Source: Opitutales bacterium
GTDB taxonomy: Bacteria > Verrucomicrobiota > Verrucomicrobiia > Opitutales > UBA2987
DNA length: 64,000 nucleotides
Assembly: GCA_965226885.1 (NCBI GenBank)
Contig: CBDDEL010000015.1
Location: forward strand, 32,001 to 96,000
Reading direction: 5' to 3'
A program made the translations under genes and the position numbers. Of this stretch, positions 21,153-32,198 are shown piece after piece. Numbering within the stretch: the first letter of the stretch is position 1; every line of letters starts with the position of its first letter. The notes under the pieces are model-generated. The model was not told the origin of the DNA. It was given only the letters and a program-made list of their open reading frames with translations, and did not search any database.

Positions 21153-21914
21153 TCACTCGAGAGTGCTGGAGCCTACTCCGGGTTTTCCCATTTTGTATTT
21201 TTGGTCGTCTTTTTGCACGATGAGGTTGTCACCTTCGGTGAAGCCGATGCGTACGGGGCCTTTTTTGGTCAGGGTCCGGGTTTCGCCTTTGGCCAGGGTG
21301 CCGGAAAACAGGGGGCTATTGTCGCTCGTTTGGGTGACCGTGACGGTGACGTCGTCCAGAGCGATGAGGATGATCTCTTCCTCCATATAACCGTCCTGGC
21401 TGGTTTCAGTTATGGTCTCGCCTTCCCGTAAATCGGGGTTGATATCGGGCGTGGCGCCGGGGAGGATGAGTTTGACGATCAATACGACGATGGCCACCAC
21501 CAAAATGGCGGCTCCTAAAAAGTAGGCTGCTTTGAGATAAGGCGTCCAATCGACATCCTGGGATTTCGTTTTAGCGTATTTATTTCGGGTAAGATCGGGG
21601 GCGTCGGTCAAGGCTTCTTTTTCCGGCAATTCGATGCGCCCGAGCAGGTCCCGATGCATTTCTCTGCCGCCTTTGCCCTGGCCCATTTGGACGGCATCGT
21701 AATCGGTCAATAATTTCGCCGGGTCCATTTTCAGAAATTTGGCGTAGTTGCTGAGGAAGCCGCGCCGATAGACTTCCTCCAGCGGGATGTCCATGGAATC
21801 GTTTTCCAGGGCAACCAGAAATTCACCGCGTATCTTGGTGGCATCAGCCGCCTCCCGCAGGGATATGCCCTGGCGTTTGCGGGATTCTTCCAATCGCTCT
21901 CCTATGCTCTGCAT
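21153..21914 (-). CDS. RodZ-like membrane protein (N-terminal HTH, one TM helix, DUF4115-like C-terminus)
   Basis: SIGERLEESRKRQGISL...YRRGFLSNYAKFL, a single hydrophobic helix, and position downstream of ftsK. Confidence 0.82.
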   Translation of the reverse strand: MQSIGERLEESRKRQGISLREAADATKIRGEFLVALENDSMDIPLEEVYRRGFLSNYAKFLKMDPAKLLTDYDAVQMGQGKGGREMHRDLLGRIELPEKEALTDAPDLTRNKYAKTKSQDVDWTPYLKAAYFLGAAILVVAIVVLIVKLILPGATPDINPDLREGETITETSQDGYMEEEIILIALDDVTVTVTQTSDNSPLFSGTLAKGETRTLTKKGPVRIGFTEGDNLIVQKDDQKYKMGKPGVGSSTLE

Positions 21915-22038
21915 ACGTTATTCCACTTTCTTTCTTATGCGATAAAGGAATTTTGTCCGGCAATCAATGAGGATTATAAAAAATTTGCCGCTTTTCACTT
22001 GTGGACAGACAGGCAGGTCGATTGCCGTGTTGATTTAT

Positions 22039-24543
22039 TTACAGCAAATCGGGGTCGATGAGAATCTCTCGCGGTTTGGAACCGTTGTCCGGGCCGACAA
22101 TTCCTTTGTCCTCCAGTTGCTCCATGATGCGGGCGGCCCGGTTGTAGCCGATTTTCAATTTGCGCTGCAGCATAGAGGTGGATGCCCGTTTGGTGTTGCG
22201 CAATACATCGATGGCGTCCGGCATGAGCTTGTCGGCATCTTCATCGACACTATCTTCCTCGTCCTCTTCGCCTCCTCCGGCTTCCACCGTTTGGTGAAAT
22301 TGTTCATCGATATCGGGTGGTCCGTTCTTTTGTAGAAATTCGACGATGTCTTTGATCTCCTCGTCGGCCACAAAGGCTCCCTGGGAGCGCACCATGTCGG
22401 CCGATCCTGGAGGCAGGAAGAGCATGTCCCCATTGCCGATGAGGTGGTCGGCGCCCATGGAGTCAAGAATGGTGCGGCTGTCCACTTTGGAGGCCACCTT
22501 GAAGGCGATGCGGCTTGGCAGATTGGCTTTGATGACCCCGGTGATGACGTTTACGGATGGCCGCTGGGTGGCAATGATGAGATGAATACCGGCTGCCCGT
22601 GCCAGTTGGGCCAGGCGGGCCACGCAGGTTTCGATGTCCGCCGGAGCGACCATCATGAGGTCCGCCAGCTCATCCACGATGCAGATGATGTAGGGCAGTT
22701 TGTCGGGAATTTCGATATCGCTGTCTCTGGGCACCACGACCTGGCTGACGGCGGCCCGTTCTTCGGGCGTCATGTCGGCCTCGCTGGATTGGGCTTCGGC
22801 CTGGGCTTTTTTGTCCTTGGCCCGTTTGGCATTGAAAGAGGCGATATTGCGAACCCCTTCCTTGGCGAATATCTGGTAGCGTTTTTCCATCTCACCGAGG
22901 AGGTATTTAAGCGCTCCGGGCACTTTTTTGGGGTCCGTCACGACGGGTATGAGCATGTGGGGCAGATCGTTGAAAAACTGCATCTCCACGATTTTCGGGT
23001 CCACCATGACAAAGCGCAGGTCTTCCGGACTGGAGTGAAAAAGGAGGGAGGTAATGATGGCGTTGATGCAGACCGTTTTGCCAGAGCCGGTGGCCCCGGC
23101 GATGAGCAAGTGCGGCATTTTGGAAAGATCGGTGACGAGGGGCTTGCCGCTCACTTCCCGCCCCAGGACTATCGGTATTTCCGCTTTGCTCTCGGCCCAA
23201 CTGGTCGATTCGAGGATTTCCCGCATGGTTACGGTGGCGGCTGTTTTGTTGGGCACCTCGATGCCCACGCAGCCTTTGCCGGGGACGGGGGCGAGGATGC
23301 GCACCGAGGCGGCTTTCAGCCCCAGGGCTATGTTTTTGTCCAGATTGATGATTTTTTCCACCCGCACCCCAGCTGCCGGATGCACATCATAGCGGGTGAT
23401 GACCGGGCCGGTGTGGATTTCTCCAAGGGTGACCTTGACGCCAAATTCGGTCAGTATCCGCTCCAGATCAAGGGCTGTGTTCTGAAAGTCCTCGGCAGCC
23501 GATTCTGGAAGTTCGGGCGGTTCCTTCAAGAGATCTAAAGGAGGGAACAGGTAATCGCCCTTTTTTTTGGGATGGCTCACACTGGCTTTTTTCGGTTCTT
23601 CCCCGGTTATGATTTTCAGTCCGTCCGTCTTTTTCCCGGCATCGGCCTTGGGGTCAGGCTTTTTCTTTGGAGAGGATTTTTTGGCGCCACCAAAGGAAGC
23701 CAGAAAATCGTCCCCGCCAATATCTGGTTCGAGTTCTTCATCCTCCTGCTTGGATTCCGAACCAAGGCCCACCTTAAATTTTGTCGTTGAGGAGACTGGT
23801 TTTGCGGTCACCTTCGGTCCCGGTTTGGGTGCCGAAACGGCCTTTTCGGCAGCTTCTTTTTCTTTAGCCGCTTGAGCTTCCTGGGCCTCTTTAAGTGCCT
23901 TTTCGGCTTCTAATTTCTTTTCGGCATTTTCTTTCTTCCTCGTTTTCCAGGTTTCGAGGAACTTTCGTGGAGAGACAACATTTTTTCCCAGATTATCGCT
24001 TAATATTACGCCGGTGCTGGTTAAAAAGAGGAGTATCAATATAAGAAAGCTCCCGAAATACCCCATATTATTTTCCAGCAAACCGCTGAAAAGGAGGTCG
24101 CCGAAGTATCCGCCGGAACCTGATGTATAATAGTTGGGGTCGAGGTTTTGCAGGTTGAGGGCATCGAAGAACCCGGCGCCGGAGACCAACCCAAGGATAA
24201 TGGAGCCAACCTTTATATTATCAACTTTATGGCGTTGGGAAAAAAAATACATGTAGCTGCCCCACATCATGTAAAGAGGCAGAACCCAAGCTGTCACTCC
24301 AAGGAGCTGAAAGGAAAAAACGGTAAAGTAAACGCCGAATTTGCCCACCAAGTTTTCCACCGGCTGGTTTGAGGCCACATGGTATTGCTCCGGTTTATAA
24401 TCGAGCAGCGAGACCAACATAAGCACGGCAATGACCAGTAAAATGAATCCTACAAACGGCCGCGCCCGGGCGTCTTTCGAGTGAAAGGTCGGCTTTTTTT
24501 GCGGTCGTTTATTGCGTGGCCGCTTTTTCTTAGCTCGCTTCAT
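22039..24543 (-). CDS. ftsK: DNA translocase FtsK
   Basis: N-terminal TM domain, MPHLLIAGATGSGKT, VDELADLMM, ATQRPSV, gamma domain ASTSMLQRKLKIGYNRAAR. Confidence 0.97.
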   Translation of the reverse strand: MKRAKKKRPRNKRPQKKPTFHSKDARARPFVGFILLVIAVLMLVSLLDYKPEQYHVASNQPVENLVGKFGVYFTVFSFQLLGVTAWVLPLYMMWGSYMYFFSQRHKVDNIKVGSIILGLVSGAGFFDALNLQNLDPNYYTSGSGGYFGDLLFSGLLENNMGYFGSFLILILLFLTSTGVILSDNLGKNVVSPRKFLETWKTRKKENAEKKLEAEKALKEAQEAQAAKEKEAAEKAVSAPKPGPKVTAKPVSSTTKFKVGLGSESKQEDEELEPDIGGDDFLASFGGAKKSSPKKKPDPKADAGKKTDGLKIITGEEPKKASVSHPKKKGDYLFPPLDLLKEPPELPESAAEDFQNTALDLERILTEFGVKVTLGEIHTGPVITRYDVHPAAGVRVEKIINLDKNIALGLKAASVRILAPVPGKGCVGIEVPNKTAATVTMREILESTSWAESKAEIPIVLGREVSGKPLVTDLSKMPHLLIAGATGSGKTVCINAIITSLLFHSSPEDLRFVMVDPKIVEMQFFNDLPHMLIPVVTDPKKVPGALKYLLGEMEKRYQIFAKEGVRNIASFNAKRAKDKKAQAEAQSSEADMTPEERAAVSQVVVPRDSDIEIPDKLPYIICIVDELADLMMVAPADIETCVARLAQLARAAGIHLIIATQRPSVNVITGVIKANLPSRIAFKVASKVDSRTILDSMGADHLIGNGDMLFLPPGSADMVRSQGAFVADEEIKDIVEFLQKNGPPDIDEQFHQTVEAGGGEEDEEDSVDEDADKLMPDAIDVLRNTKRASTSMLQRKLKIGYNRAARIMEQLEDKGIVGPDNGSKPREILIDPDLL

Positions 24544-24639
24544 GGGATGGTTGAATCACTAAATATGAGGCGGTTGACCGCTTTTGACAAGACAGATTGC
24601 AGGTTGACCCCATTTTCTGGGGTGAATAAGTTCTGGTAA

Positions 24640-25623
24640 ATGAGTAATTTTACTCTTTTCCAACCAATTTATCAAGAACGAGTTTGGGGAGGCAAAGGCC
24701 TACAGACTCATCTAGGACGGACCCTGCCGGCAGATAAAAGCATTGGAGAATCCTGGGAAATTTCCGACCGCCCGGAAGCCACATCCGTTATGACGAGCGG
24801 AAAATTAAAGGGACTGACTTTGCCCCAAGCCCTGGCCATGGAAATACACGCCAATTATCTGATGGGGCCCGCATACCGCGCCGGGCGTCCTTTCCCATTA
24901 TTGGTCAAATGGCTCGATTGCCGCGAACGCCTCAGCCTGCAAGTGCATCCCCCCCCCGAGGCAGCCGCTTCCCTGGGGGGCCAGAGCAAAACGGAAAATT
25001 GGTACATGGCAGCCACCGATCCCGATGCCGAGGCTGGAGCCCATATTTTGGCGGGGCTTAAAAAAGGGGTCACAAGAGCCCAATTTGAAGCCGCTATGCA
25101 CAATAACGGGCTGGAAGAGCTGGTTCACAAAATCGGCGTCTCGGTGGGTGACTCCATGTTCGTCCCAAGCGGTCGTATTCATGCCATCGACGCCGGGAGC
25201 CTCATTCTTGAAATCCAGGAAAACTCGGATACCACCTACCGGGTATATGATTGGAACCGTCGCGGTCTCGACGGGAAACCACGGCAGCTCCATATCGAGG
25301 AATCTCTGCAATGCATCGATTGGAACGATGTTGAGCCACAAATACTGCATCCCGACAAGCAGGCGAGGGAGCAAACTTTGGCTGATTGCCGCAGGTTTCG
25401 CATTCGCCTGTTCCACCTGAAGCCTGGAGAGGAAGCAATCACTCTACCGGGTCGGGAACAGGCTCGGCTGATCCATGTCGTATCCGGTTGCCTGCGGGAA
25501 AGGGAATCCGGCAGCCGGTTGAAAAAGGGTGATAATGCTCTGCTGCCTTACGAAGAAGCCTTTTGCTTGCAACCGGTCGAAGAGACGGTGGTCTTGTTAA
25601 CCGACAACTTTTCCGAGTCCTGA
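24640..25623 (+). CDS. manA: Type I phosphomannose isomerase (cupin)
   Basis: ERVWGG, IGESWEIS, FPLLVKWLD...LSLQVHP, KTENW, HAI, EIQENSDTTYRVYDW. Confidence 0.92.
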   Translation: MSNFTLFQPIYQERVWGGKGLQTHLGRTLPADKSIGESWEISDRPEATSVMTSGKLKGLTLPQALAMEIHANYLMGPAYRAGRPFPLLVKWLDCRERLSLQVHPPPEAAASLGGQSKTENWYMAATDPDAEAGAHILAGLKKGVTRAQFEAAMHNNGLEELVHKIGVSVGDSMFVPSGRIHAIDAGSLILEIQENSDTTYRVYDWNRRGLDGKPRQLHIEESLQCIDWNDVEPQILHPDKQAREQTLADCRRFRIRLFHLKPGEEAITLPGREQARLIHVVSGCLRERESGSRLKKGDNALLPYEEAFCLQPVEETVVLLTDNFSES

Positions 25624-25624
25624 A

Positions 25625-26437
25625 ATGATATTCACAATCGTTAGAAAAACCATGGGCTGCCTGTTCAGCCTCTTGTTCCTCGTTTTATTATTGGCGGGCG
25701 CCCTGGCCGTGGCCGGGTATTTCATGTTGCCCGCATATCTGGAATACAAGCTGGAAAAACAGACTGGGTTCCGAGCCGATTTCGGAAATATAAGCCTGCA
25801 TTTGAAGGAGGGCGCTCTGGAAATTAGAGATGCCAAAATAGAAAACCCCGTTTCTTATCCCGAAACTGTTTTTATCGACATCCATCGCATTAAAGTGGAT
25901 TTGCGCCCCATGAGTATTCTGGGTGAGCGTTGTATTTTTCAGGAGGTGTTGGTGGAGATCAATCAGGTCGCTTACGTCACGGGTTCCGATTCCGAAAATA
26001 ATATTGCCGCTTTTATCAAAGCGTTCGAAACGGCAACCGAGGACGGGGACGAGGCAGAGGAAGTAGTCGAGGAAGGGGAAGAACCCTACCAGTTTCTCAT
26101 CGAACGTCTGTCGATTAAAGTGGATTCAATAAAAGTGGCCAACTACTCCGGGCAGTCGCCCCGCGAGCAAAATCACGATGTCAACATCGAGATCGAATTG
26201 CGCGATGTGGCCGACGTTAAAGAAATCATACAACCATTGATGGCGGAACTCTCCAAGGAAGGCCTGGTCTTTGTGATAAAAGGAGTCGTAGAATCTCTGA
26301 ACCGGGATGAAAGCTACAAGGGGTTGCTGCAATGGACTGCCGAAGCTATTGAAGATAGCGTTAAAACTATCCTCGACGGAGCCGATGAAACGAGCCAGGC
26401 GTTGAAAAAAATATTTGAAAAACTTTTAAAAAATTAG
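25625..26437 (+). CDS. AsmA-like membrane-anchored hypothetical protein
   Basis: N-terminal TM anchor, I-x-NP..F motif and beta-rich body typical of AsmA N-terminal regions. Confidence 0.55.
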   Translation: MIFTIVRKTMGCLFSLLFLVLLLAGALAVAGYFMLPAYLEYKLEKQTGFRADFGNISLHLKEGALEIRDAKIENPVSYPETVFIDIHRIKVDLRPMSILGERCIFQEVLVEINQVAYVTGSDSENNIAAFIKAFETATEDGDEAEEVVEEGEEPYQFLIERLSIKVDSIKVANYSGQSPREQNHDVNIEIELRDVADVKEIIQPLMAELSKEGLVFVIKGVVESLNRDESYKGLLQWTAEAIEDSVKTILDGADETSQALKKIFEKLLKN

Positions 26438-26452
26438 AAACTGGCCGGTTTT

Positions 26453-26508
26453 TATTTATCCCAGATCACAGACATGAACCTATTTATCCCAGATCACAGA
26501 CATGAACC
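26453..26508. repeat. 28-bp perfect tandem duplication spanning the grpE start codon
   Basis: tatttatcccagatcacagacatgaacc at 26453-26480 and 26481-26508. Confidence 0.95.
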
Positions 26509-27092
26509 AAGAGAAAACAGAAAACCAAGTCGAATCAGAAAATGCCTTAGCCGATGAAACCGTTGATGAAACTCCGGAAATGGTGGAGGATTTTCATGGT
26601 GAATTGCTTAAGAAACTGGACGAAGCCCAGTCAGAGGCTCGTGAAAACCGAGATCGTTATTTGCGGGCTGTGGCGGAACAGGAAAATTTTCGCAAGCGGG
26701 TGGTGCGGGACAAAGAACAGCTTCGCAAATATGGGGCGGCCCTCCTGCTGGAAGACATGCTGCCCATTCTGGACAGCCTGGCCATGGGGCTGGAGTTGGC
26801 CGGTAAGCATCCCGAAGCCAAACCGGTCGCGGATGGCTTTTCCATGATTTTCAGCCAGTTGCAATCGCTCATCAAGCAACATGGAGTCATCGAACTCAAT
26901 CCCCAGGGTGAAAAATTCGATCCCCATTTTCATGAAGCCCTGGCGCATCAACCGTGCGAGGAAGTGGAAGAAGGCAAAATAATGGCCGTTACGCGCATGG
27001 GTTACCGGTTGCACGACCGGCTCTTGCGGCCGGCCTCAGTTGTGGTATCCTCCGGAGGGTCCAAGCCCGAAACCGAGGAATCATCCAACTAA
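26502..27092 (+). CDS. grpE: Nucleotide exchange factor GrpE
   Basis: [37 protein letters not shown]. Confidence 0.96.
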   Translation: MNQEKTENQVESENALADETVDETPEMVEDFHGELLKKLDEAQSEARENRDRYLRAVAEQENFRKRVVRDKEQLRKYGAALLLEDMLPILDSLAMGLELAGKHPEAKPVADGFSMIFSQLQSLIKQHGVIELNPQGEKFDPHFHEALAHQPCEEVEEGKIMAVTRMGYRLHDRLLRPASVVVSSGGSKPETEESSN

Positions 27093-27115
27093 AGCTTAAT
27101 TTAGGCAACCCGATC

Positions 27116-28252
27116 ATGGCCACGGAAGATTATTACAGCCTCTTGGGCGTTTCTAAAGACGCCACCACAGAGGAGATTAAAAAGGCTTACCGCAAAAAAG
27201 CGGTTCAGTATCACCCGGATAAAAATCCTGGAAAGAAAGAGGCCGAGGAGATGTTTAAAAAAATCTCGGAGGCCTATGAAGTCCTCAAGGACGCAGATCA
27301 ACGGGCTACTTATGATCGCTATGGTAAGGCCGCTTTTCAGCATGGCGGAATGGGCTCCAGAGGCGCGGGGGGATTTCATGATCCTTTCGATATTTTTCGC
27401 GAGGTCTTCGGCGGCGCCAGCAGCGGCGGCATTTTCGAAGAATTTTTCGGAGGGGGAGAAAGTTCCCAGGGGGGCTCCCGGCGCGGTTCCGACCTGCGCT
27501 ACGATCTGGAGATAACATTGAGCGAAGCTGCGCGCGGAGCGGAAAAGAAAATTTCCTTTCGACGCGCGGTGGCCTGCGATGTTTGCAGCGGTTCCGGCGC
27601 TAGCCCGGGTTCCCAGGCCACCACTTGCGCGACTTGCGGCGGCCACGGCCAGGTCATGTCGCAGCGGGGATTTTTCAGCGTTCGCCAAACCTGCCCCACC
27701 TGCTCCGGTCAGGGAGTGGTGGTGGACAAACCTTGCAAAAATTGCCGCGGCGAAGGCCGAATGACCAAGAACAGCCAGATCAAGCTGCGCATTCCCAAGG
27801 GTGTCGATACCGGTTCCAAACTGCGTTCGGCGGGCAATGGAGAAGCCGGCATGAAGGGCGGCTCGGCGGGTGATTTATACGTGGTCATTCATCTCAAGGA
27901 GCACGAAATATTTGAACGGCATGGGGATGATCTGCTGTGCGAAATCCCCATCAAATTTACTCTCGCCGCCATTGGCGGAGCCATCGACGTACCTTCCTTG
28001 GAAGGCAGGGTTTCTTTAAAAATCCCCGCCGGCACCCAAAGCGGGACGACCTTTCGCCTCCGCGGGCATGGCATGCCCAACCTCCGCAGCGGCCGCAAGG
28101 GGGAACAATTCGTCCGCGTGCATATCGAGGTGCCGACCAAGCTAAATGCCGAGCAGCGTGCCAGGCTGGAAGAATTTGCCGTGGCCAGCGGCGATGCCGA
28201 GCACCCCGTGGGGGATTCTTTTCTCGAAAAAGCTAAACGATTTTTCGATTAA
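27116..28252 (+). CDS. dnaJ: Chaperone DnaJ
   Basis: J-domain with HPD, G/F-rich region, four CxxCxGxG repeats. Start at ATG 27116. Confidence 0.97.
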   Translation: MATEDYYSLLGVSKDATTEEIKKAYRKKAVQYHPDKNPGKKEAEEMFKKISEAYEVLKDADQRATYDRYGKAAFQHGGMGSRGAGGFHDPFDIFREVFGGASSGGIFEEFFGGGESSQGGSRRGSDLRYDLEITLSEAARGAEKKISFRRAVACDVCSGSGASPGSQATTCATCGGHGQVMSQRGFFSVRQTCPTCSGQGVVVDKPCKNCRGEGRMTKNSQIKLRIPKGVDTGSKLRSAGNGEAGMKGGSAGDLYVVIHLKEHEIFERHGDDLLCEIPIKFTLAAIGGAIDVPSLEGRVSLKIPAGTQSGTTFRLRGHGMPNLRSGRKGEQFVRVHIEVPTKLNAEQRARLEEFAVASGDAEHPVGDSFLEKAKRFFD

Positions 28253-28261
28253 AACCAATCC

Positions 28262-28801
28262 TTGTTCGCAACCAACCCAGTTCCGGTGAAAAAACTTCCC
28301 AACGCCAAATGGCTGACCCTCGAGGAAGCCGTCAAACGCCGAAGGCAATTAAAAACGGATGGCCGGAGCCTGGTCATCACCAACGGCGCCTTCGATCTGC
28401 TCCATCCCGGCCATCTTTACTATTTGCAGAAAGCCTCCGACCTGGCGGACCAGCTATGGATTCTTCTCAATAGCGACGAAAGCGTAAAAATGCTGAAAGG
28501 GCCCAATCGTCCCTTGCAGAATGAAGCGAAGCGGGCCAATGCCCTCGCCGCCCTAGAGTTTGTTGACAGTATTATCACGTTTCAGGCCATGAGGCTGACG
28601 GCGGAAATCGAGGCTTTGAGCCCGGACATTTACGTCAAGGCCGGTGATTATACCCTGGACACTATCGATCCAGACGAACGCAGGGCGCTCGAAAAAACCG
28701 GCGCGAAAATAGAATTTCTTCCATTTCTGGAAGGCTACAGCACGACAATACTGGTGGAAATAATCTATCGAGAGTTAGGAAATCCATTTGGGATAGAGTG
28801 A
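28262..28801 (+). CDS. D-glycero-beta-D-manno-heptose 1-phosphate adenylyltransferase (RfaE2/HldE domain II-like)
   Basis: TNGAFDLLHPGH, NSDESVKMLKGPNRP, YVKAGDY, GYSTT. Exact start uncertain. Confidence 0.88.
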   Translation: MFATNPVPVKKLPNAKWLTLEEAVKRRRQLKTDGRSLVITNGAFDLLHPGHLYYLQKASDLADQLWILLNSDESVKMLKGPNRPLQNEAKRANALAALEFVDSIITFQAMRLTAEIEALSPDIYVKAGDYTLDTIDPDERRALEKTGAKIEFLPFLEGYSTTILVEIIYRELGNPFGIE

Positions 28802-28868
28802 TCTGAGGCATCAGCGATCCCTTTTTTTGGCATTGCTCAGTTATTTTGAAATCCCAATATTAACGATT

Positions 28869-29558
28869 ATGGATGTATTTGAAGCTATCACGGACCGGAT
28901 CTCAACCCGCGCCTTTTTAAACAAACCGGTGCCGCGGGAATTGATTTACAAAATTCTCGATGTTTCCCGATGGGCCCCTTCGGGCGTTAATGTGCAGCCC
29001 TGGCATGTTGCGGTGGCTGCCGGAGCGGCAAAAGACCGGATCGGCAGTGCTATAGTGGAGGCAATTGAGTCGGGGCAAAAGTCCAATCCGGATTATCAAT
29101 ATTACTGCCATAAATTTTGGGAGCCATATAGGACACGCCGCTTTGAATGCGGGTTGGCCTTATATGGAGCGCTCGATATCGATCGTAAGGATGTTGAAAG
29201 ACGCAAGGAACAGTGGATGAAAAATTACGACGGCTTCGGCGCTCCGGTGCAGTTGTATGTTTTTATCGATAAAGATTTTGCCAAGGGTTCGTGGACCGAT
29301 ATGGGAATGTTTATCCAGAACATTATGCTGGCGGCTCGGGGCTGTGGTTTGGAAACTTGTCCCCAGGCCTCTTTGGCGGAATATCCCGATATCGTTCGAG
29401 GCCTGTTGAATATCCCCGAAAATCTTAGCCTGATATGCGCAATCGCGGTGGGTTATTCGGATAAAGACCATCCGGTCAACAATTACCGGACGGAACGGGT
29501 TTCGGTCGATACTTTCACTCAATGGCATGGTTTCGAAGAAGCCTCCCGGGGAAATTAA
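28869..29558 (+). CDS. Nitroreductase family protein
   Basis: RISTRAF, APSGVNVQPW, DMGMFIQNIMLAARGCGLETCPQ. Confidence 0.92.
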   Translation: MDVFEAITDRISTRAFLNKPVPRELIYKILDVSRWAPSGVNVQPWHVAVAAGAAKDRIGSAIVEAIESGQKSNPDYQYYCHKFWEPYRTRRFECGLALYGALDIDRKDVERRKEQWMKNYDGFGAPVQLYVFIDKDFAKGSWTDMGMFIQNIMLAARGCGLETCPQASLAEYPDIVRGLLNIPENLSLICAIAVGYSDKDHPVNNYRTERVSVDTFTQWHGFEEASRGN

Positions 29559-29615
29559 ATTCCGAGGGTAGATTAATTTTGACAGCTTAAACGGGTTCCT
29601 GAAGATGCTTGCGAT

Positions 29616-30437
29616 ATGACTGGAGAAGAATTGCGAAAAGCTTTGCATGATGGCCGGCGTGTTTACGGAACCGCCATCGTTTCCCCCTCACCGCGCTGGC
29701 CGGAAGCGGTCGCCCGAAGCGGACTGGATTTCGTTTTTATCGACACGGAGCATATCCCAATCGACCGGCATCAGCTTTCCTGGATGTGCCGCGCCTACCG
29801 GGCCTTGAATGTGGCTCCCGTTGTGCGGGTACCGGCCCCAGACCCCTATCAGGCATGTATGGCGCTGGACGGCGGAGCGGCCGGTGTCATCTTCCCCTAT
29901 GTGGAATCGCCGGATGAGGTTCGCGCGCTTTGGGAAGCCGTACGGCTGCGGCCCCTGAAGGGCAGGCAGGCCCACGAGGTGACCTCCGGCCAGGCTGTTC
30001 TATCGCCCGAACAAAAGCATTACCTGGATGATTTTAACCGCCATAACGTGCTCATTGTAAATATTGAAAGCCGTACCGCCATGGATGCCCTCGACGACAT
30101 TCTGGCGGTTGACGGGCTGGATGCCGTATTAATTGGTCCTCACGATTTATCCATTAGCTTGGGTATTCCCGAGGAATACGGCCACCCGGATTTCGATGCT
30201 GCCGTAAAGGAAATTATTGGTAAAGCGCGTGCCCGTAATGTAGGAGCCGGCATCCATTTTTCGAATGGCTTTGAACCGCAGATCGAATGGGCGCGCGCGG
30301 GATCGAATTTGATTATCAACTCGAGCGATCTCACATTGTTTTTGCAGACTATCGGAAGTCAAACCAGGGAAATGCGGCGACTGCTTGACGGTTCCGAGTC
30401 TTCAAAGGAAACCTCTTCTGCAGAAGATGTTATTTAA
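29616..30437 (+). CDS. HpcH/HpaI-family aldolase
   Basis: GLDFVFIDTEH, ALDGGAAGVIFP, NIES, LIGPHDLSISLG. Confidence 0.92.
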   Translation: MTGEELRKALHDGRRVYGTAIVSPSPRWPEAVARSGLDFVFIDTEHIPIDRHQLSWMCRAYRALNVAPVVRVPAPDPYQACMALDGGAAGVIFPYVESPDEVRALWEAVRLRPLKGRQAHEVTSGQAVLSPEQKHYLDDFNRHNVLIVNIESRTAMDALDDILAVDGLDAVLIGPHDLSISLGIPEEYGHPDFDAAVKEIIGKARARNVGAGIHFSNGFEPQIEWARAGSNLIINSSDLTLFLQTIGSQTREMRRLLDGSESSKETSSAEDVI

Positions 30438-30503
30438 AGTAAAAGCAATGGGGCAAATTTAAGATCGATTTTCGATCAATCCGCTTTTCAATCTGGTTAT
30501 ATT

Positions 30504-32195
30504 ATGGCGAAGATGACCGGAGCCAAATTCATTGCCGAGACTTTCAAAGGTTATGGTGTCACGCATGCTTTTTACATGCCTGTTATCATGCCGCGAACCA
30601 TCATGGAAATGGAAAAGATCGGCATTCGCTGCACTATGGCCCACAGCGAAAAGCCGGCCGTATATATGGCTGACGCCTATGCCAGGATCCGTCGGCAAAC
30701 GGGTATTTGCATGGCCCAATCCGTTGGCGCCGCCAACCTGGCCGCTGGGTTGCAGGATTCTTACCTAGCCTGCACGCCAATCATCGCCTTGACCGGTCGC
30801 ACGACCCAGATCGGCTAATACCGCAACGCTTACCAGGAGGTCGATCATTTTCCTTTTTTTGAGGCCGTCACCAAACACAACAGGCTGGTCGGCAAAACGG
30901 AACAGCTTCCCTTTGCCCTGCGCCAGGCCTTTCGTGAGGCGACCTCGGGAACTCCCGGCCCGGTCCACCTGGACATGGAGCACATATTCGGGGATTTCAT
31001 TTCGGATGGAGAGGCTGACATGGAGGTTGTCGTGGAGGAGCCTTTTACCCACCTTCCGCCCTTTCGGCCAGAACCAGAATTGGAGACGGTTCGGGCGGCC
31101 ATCACCTTGTTGACGGAAGCGAAACGCCCCATCATTGTGGCCGGTGGCGGAGTTACCGCCTCACGGGCCCAAGCCGAAGTCGTGGAGTTGGCGGAAATAC
31201 TGTCGGCCCCGGTGGCTACTTCGCTCAATGCCAAAGGAACGATACTGGACGCGCATCCTCTCTCGGTTGGAGTGTGCGGTTCTTATTCCCGCAGTTGTGC
31301 CAACAAAGCTGTGGCGGAGGCGGACCTGGTTTTCTTTATCGGCAGCCGCACGGGAAACCAGGTGACCAATGAATGGACGATTCCTGCCCCAGGAACAGCC
31401 GTCATACAAATCGACATTAACCCCGCGGAAATCGGCCGCAGTTATGCAACCAAAGTTGCCATGCAGGGAGACGCCAAAGCGGCCGTGGCCAGACTGCTTG
31501 CCAACATGGGACGCCAACCAGATCGCACGGCATGGACCCAACGGGCGCTACAGTTGGTTGTCGAGTGGCGTGAAGCGGTGGCCCCGGTGGCAAGCTCCGA
31601 TGTCGTGCCCATCCGCCCGGAGCGCCTGTGCAGGGGAATTACGGAATACCTGCCATCCGACGCTATCTTCATTTCGGACACCGGCCATGCGGGTATTTGG
31701 ACCGGCGCTATGATTGACCTGAAACATCCGGAGCAAACCTACATTCGCAGCGCGGGCTCGCTCGGTTGGAGTTTGCCAGCCTCTTTCGGGGCTAAATGCG
31801 CGGCGCCAGATAGGCCTGTTGTTTGTTTTACGGGAGATGGCGGCATGTGGTACCACTTGCCGGAATTGGAAACCGCACTACGTTATGGCATCAACACCGT
31901 AACCGTTGTGAACAACAATCATTCACTCAACCAGGAACAAGAGATCAGCGAAAGGGTGTTTGGAGGTAGAACCCCCGGCTCCGATGCCATGTGGGTCTTT
32001 CCCGATACCGATTTTGCGGCAGTGGCCCGGTCCTTTGGCTGTTTCGGCATACGGGTGGATAAACCAGGCGAACTCCAGAGTGCCTTTGAGCAGGCAATGG
32101 CCTCGGGGAAACCTGCCGTTGTCGATGTAAAAACCGACATCGAAGGCATCGCCCCTCAACCCTGGCGCCCTACAACATCAACAGAATCCATATGA
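30504..32195 (+). pseudogene. Thiamine-pyrophosphate enzyme (acetolactate-synthase-like) with an in-frame nonsense codon
   Basis: ORFs 30504-30818 and 30975-32195 share one frame. Sequence reads TTQIG*YRNAYQEVDH across TAA 30816-30818. Motifs MADAYAR, PGPVHLD, GDGG...NN. Confidence 0.88.
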
Positions 32196-32198
32196 AAT

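Noticed and set aside
30816..30818. Programmed readthrough or recoding in the TPP gene
   Set aside because: The codon is TAA, not TGA or TAG, and TAA ends many other genes here. A nonsense mutation or sequencing error is simpler.
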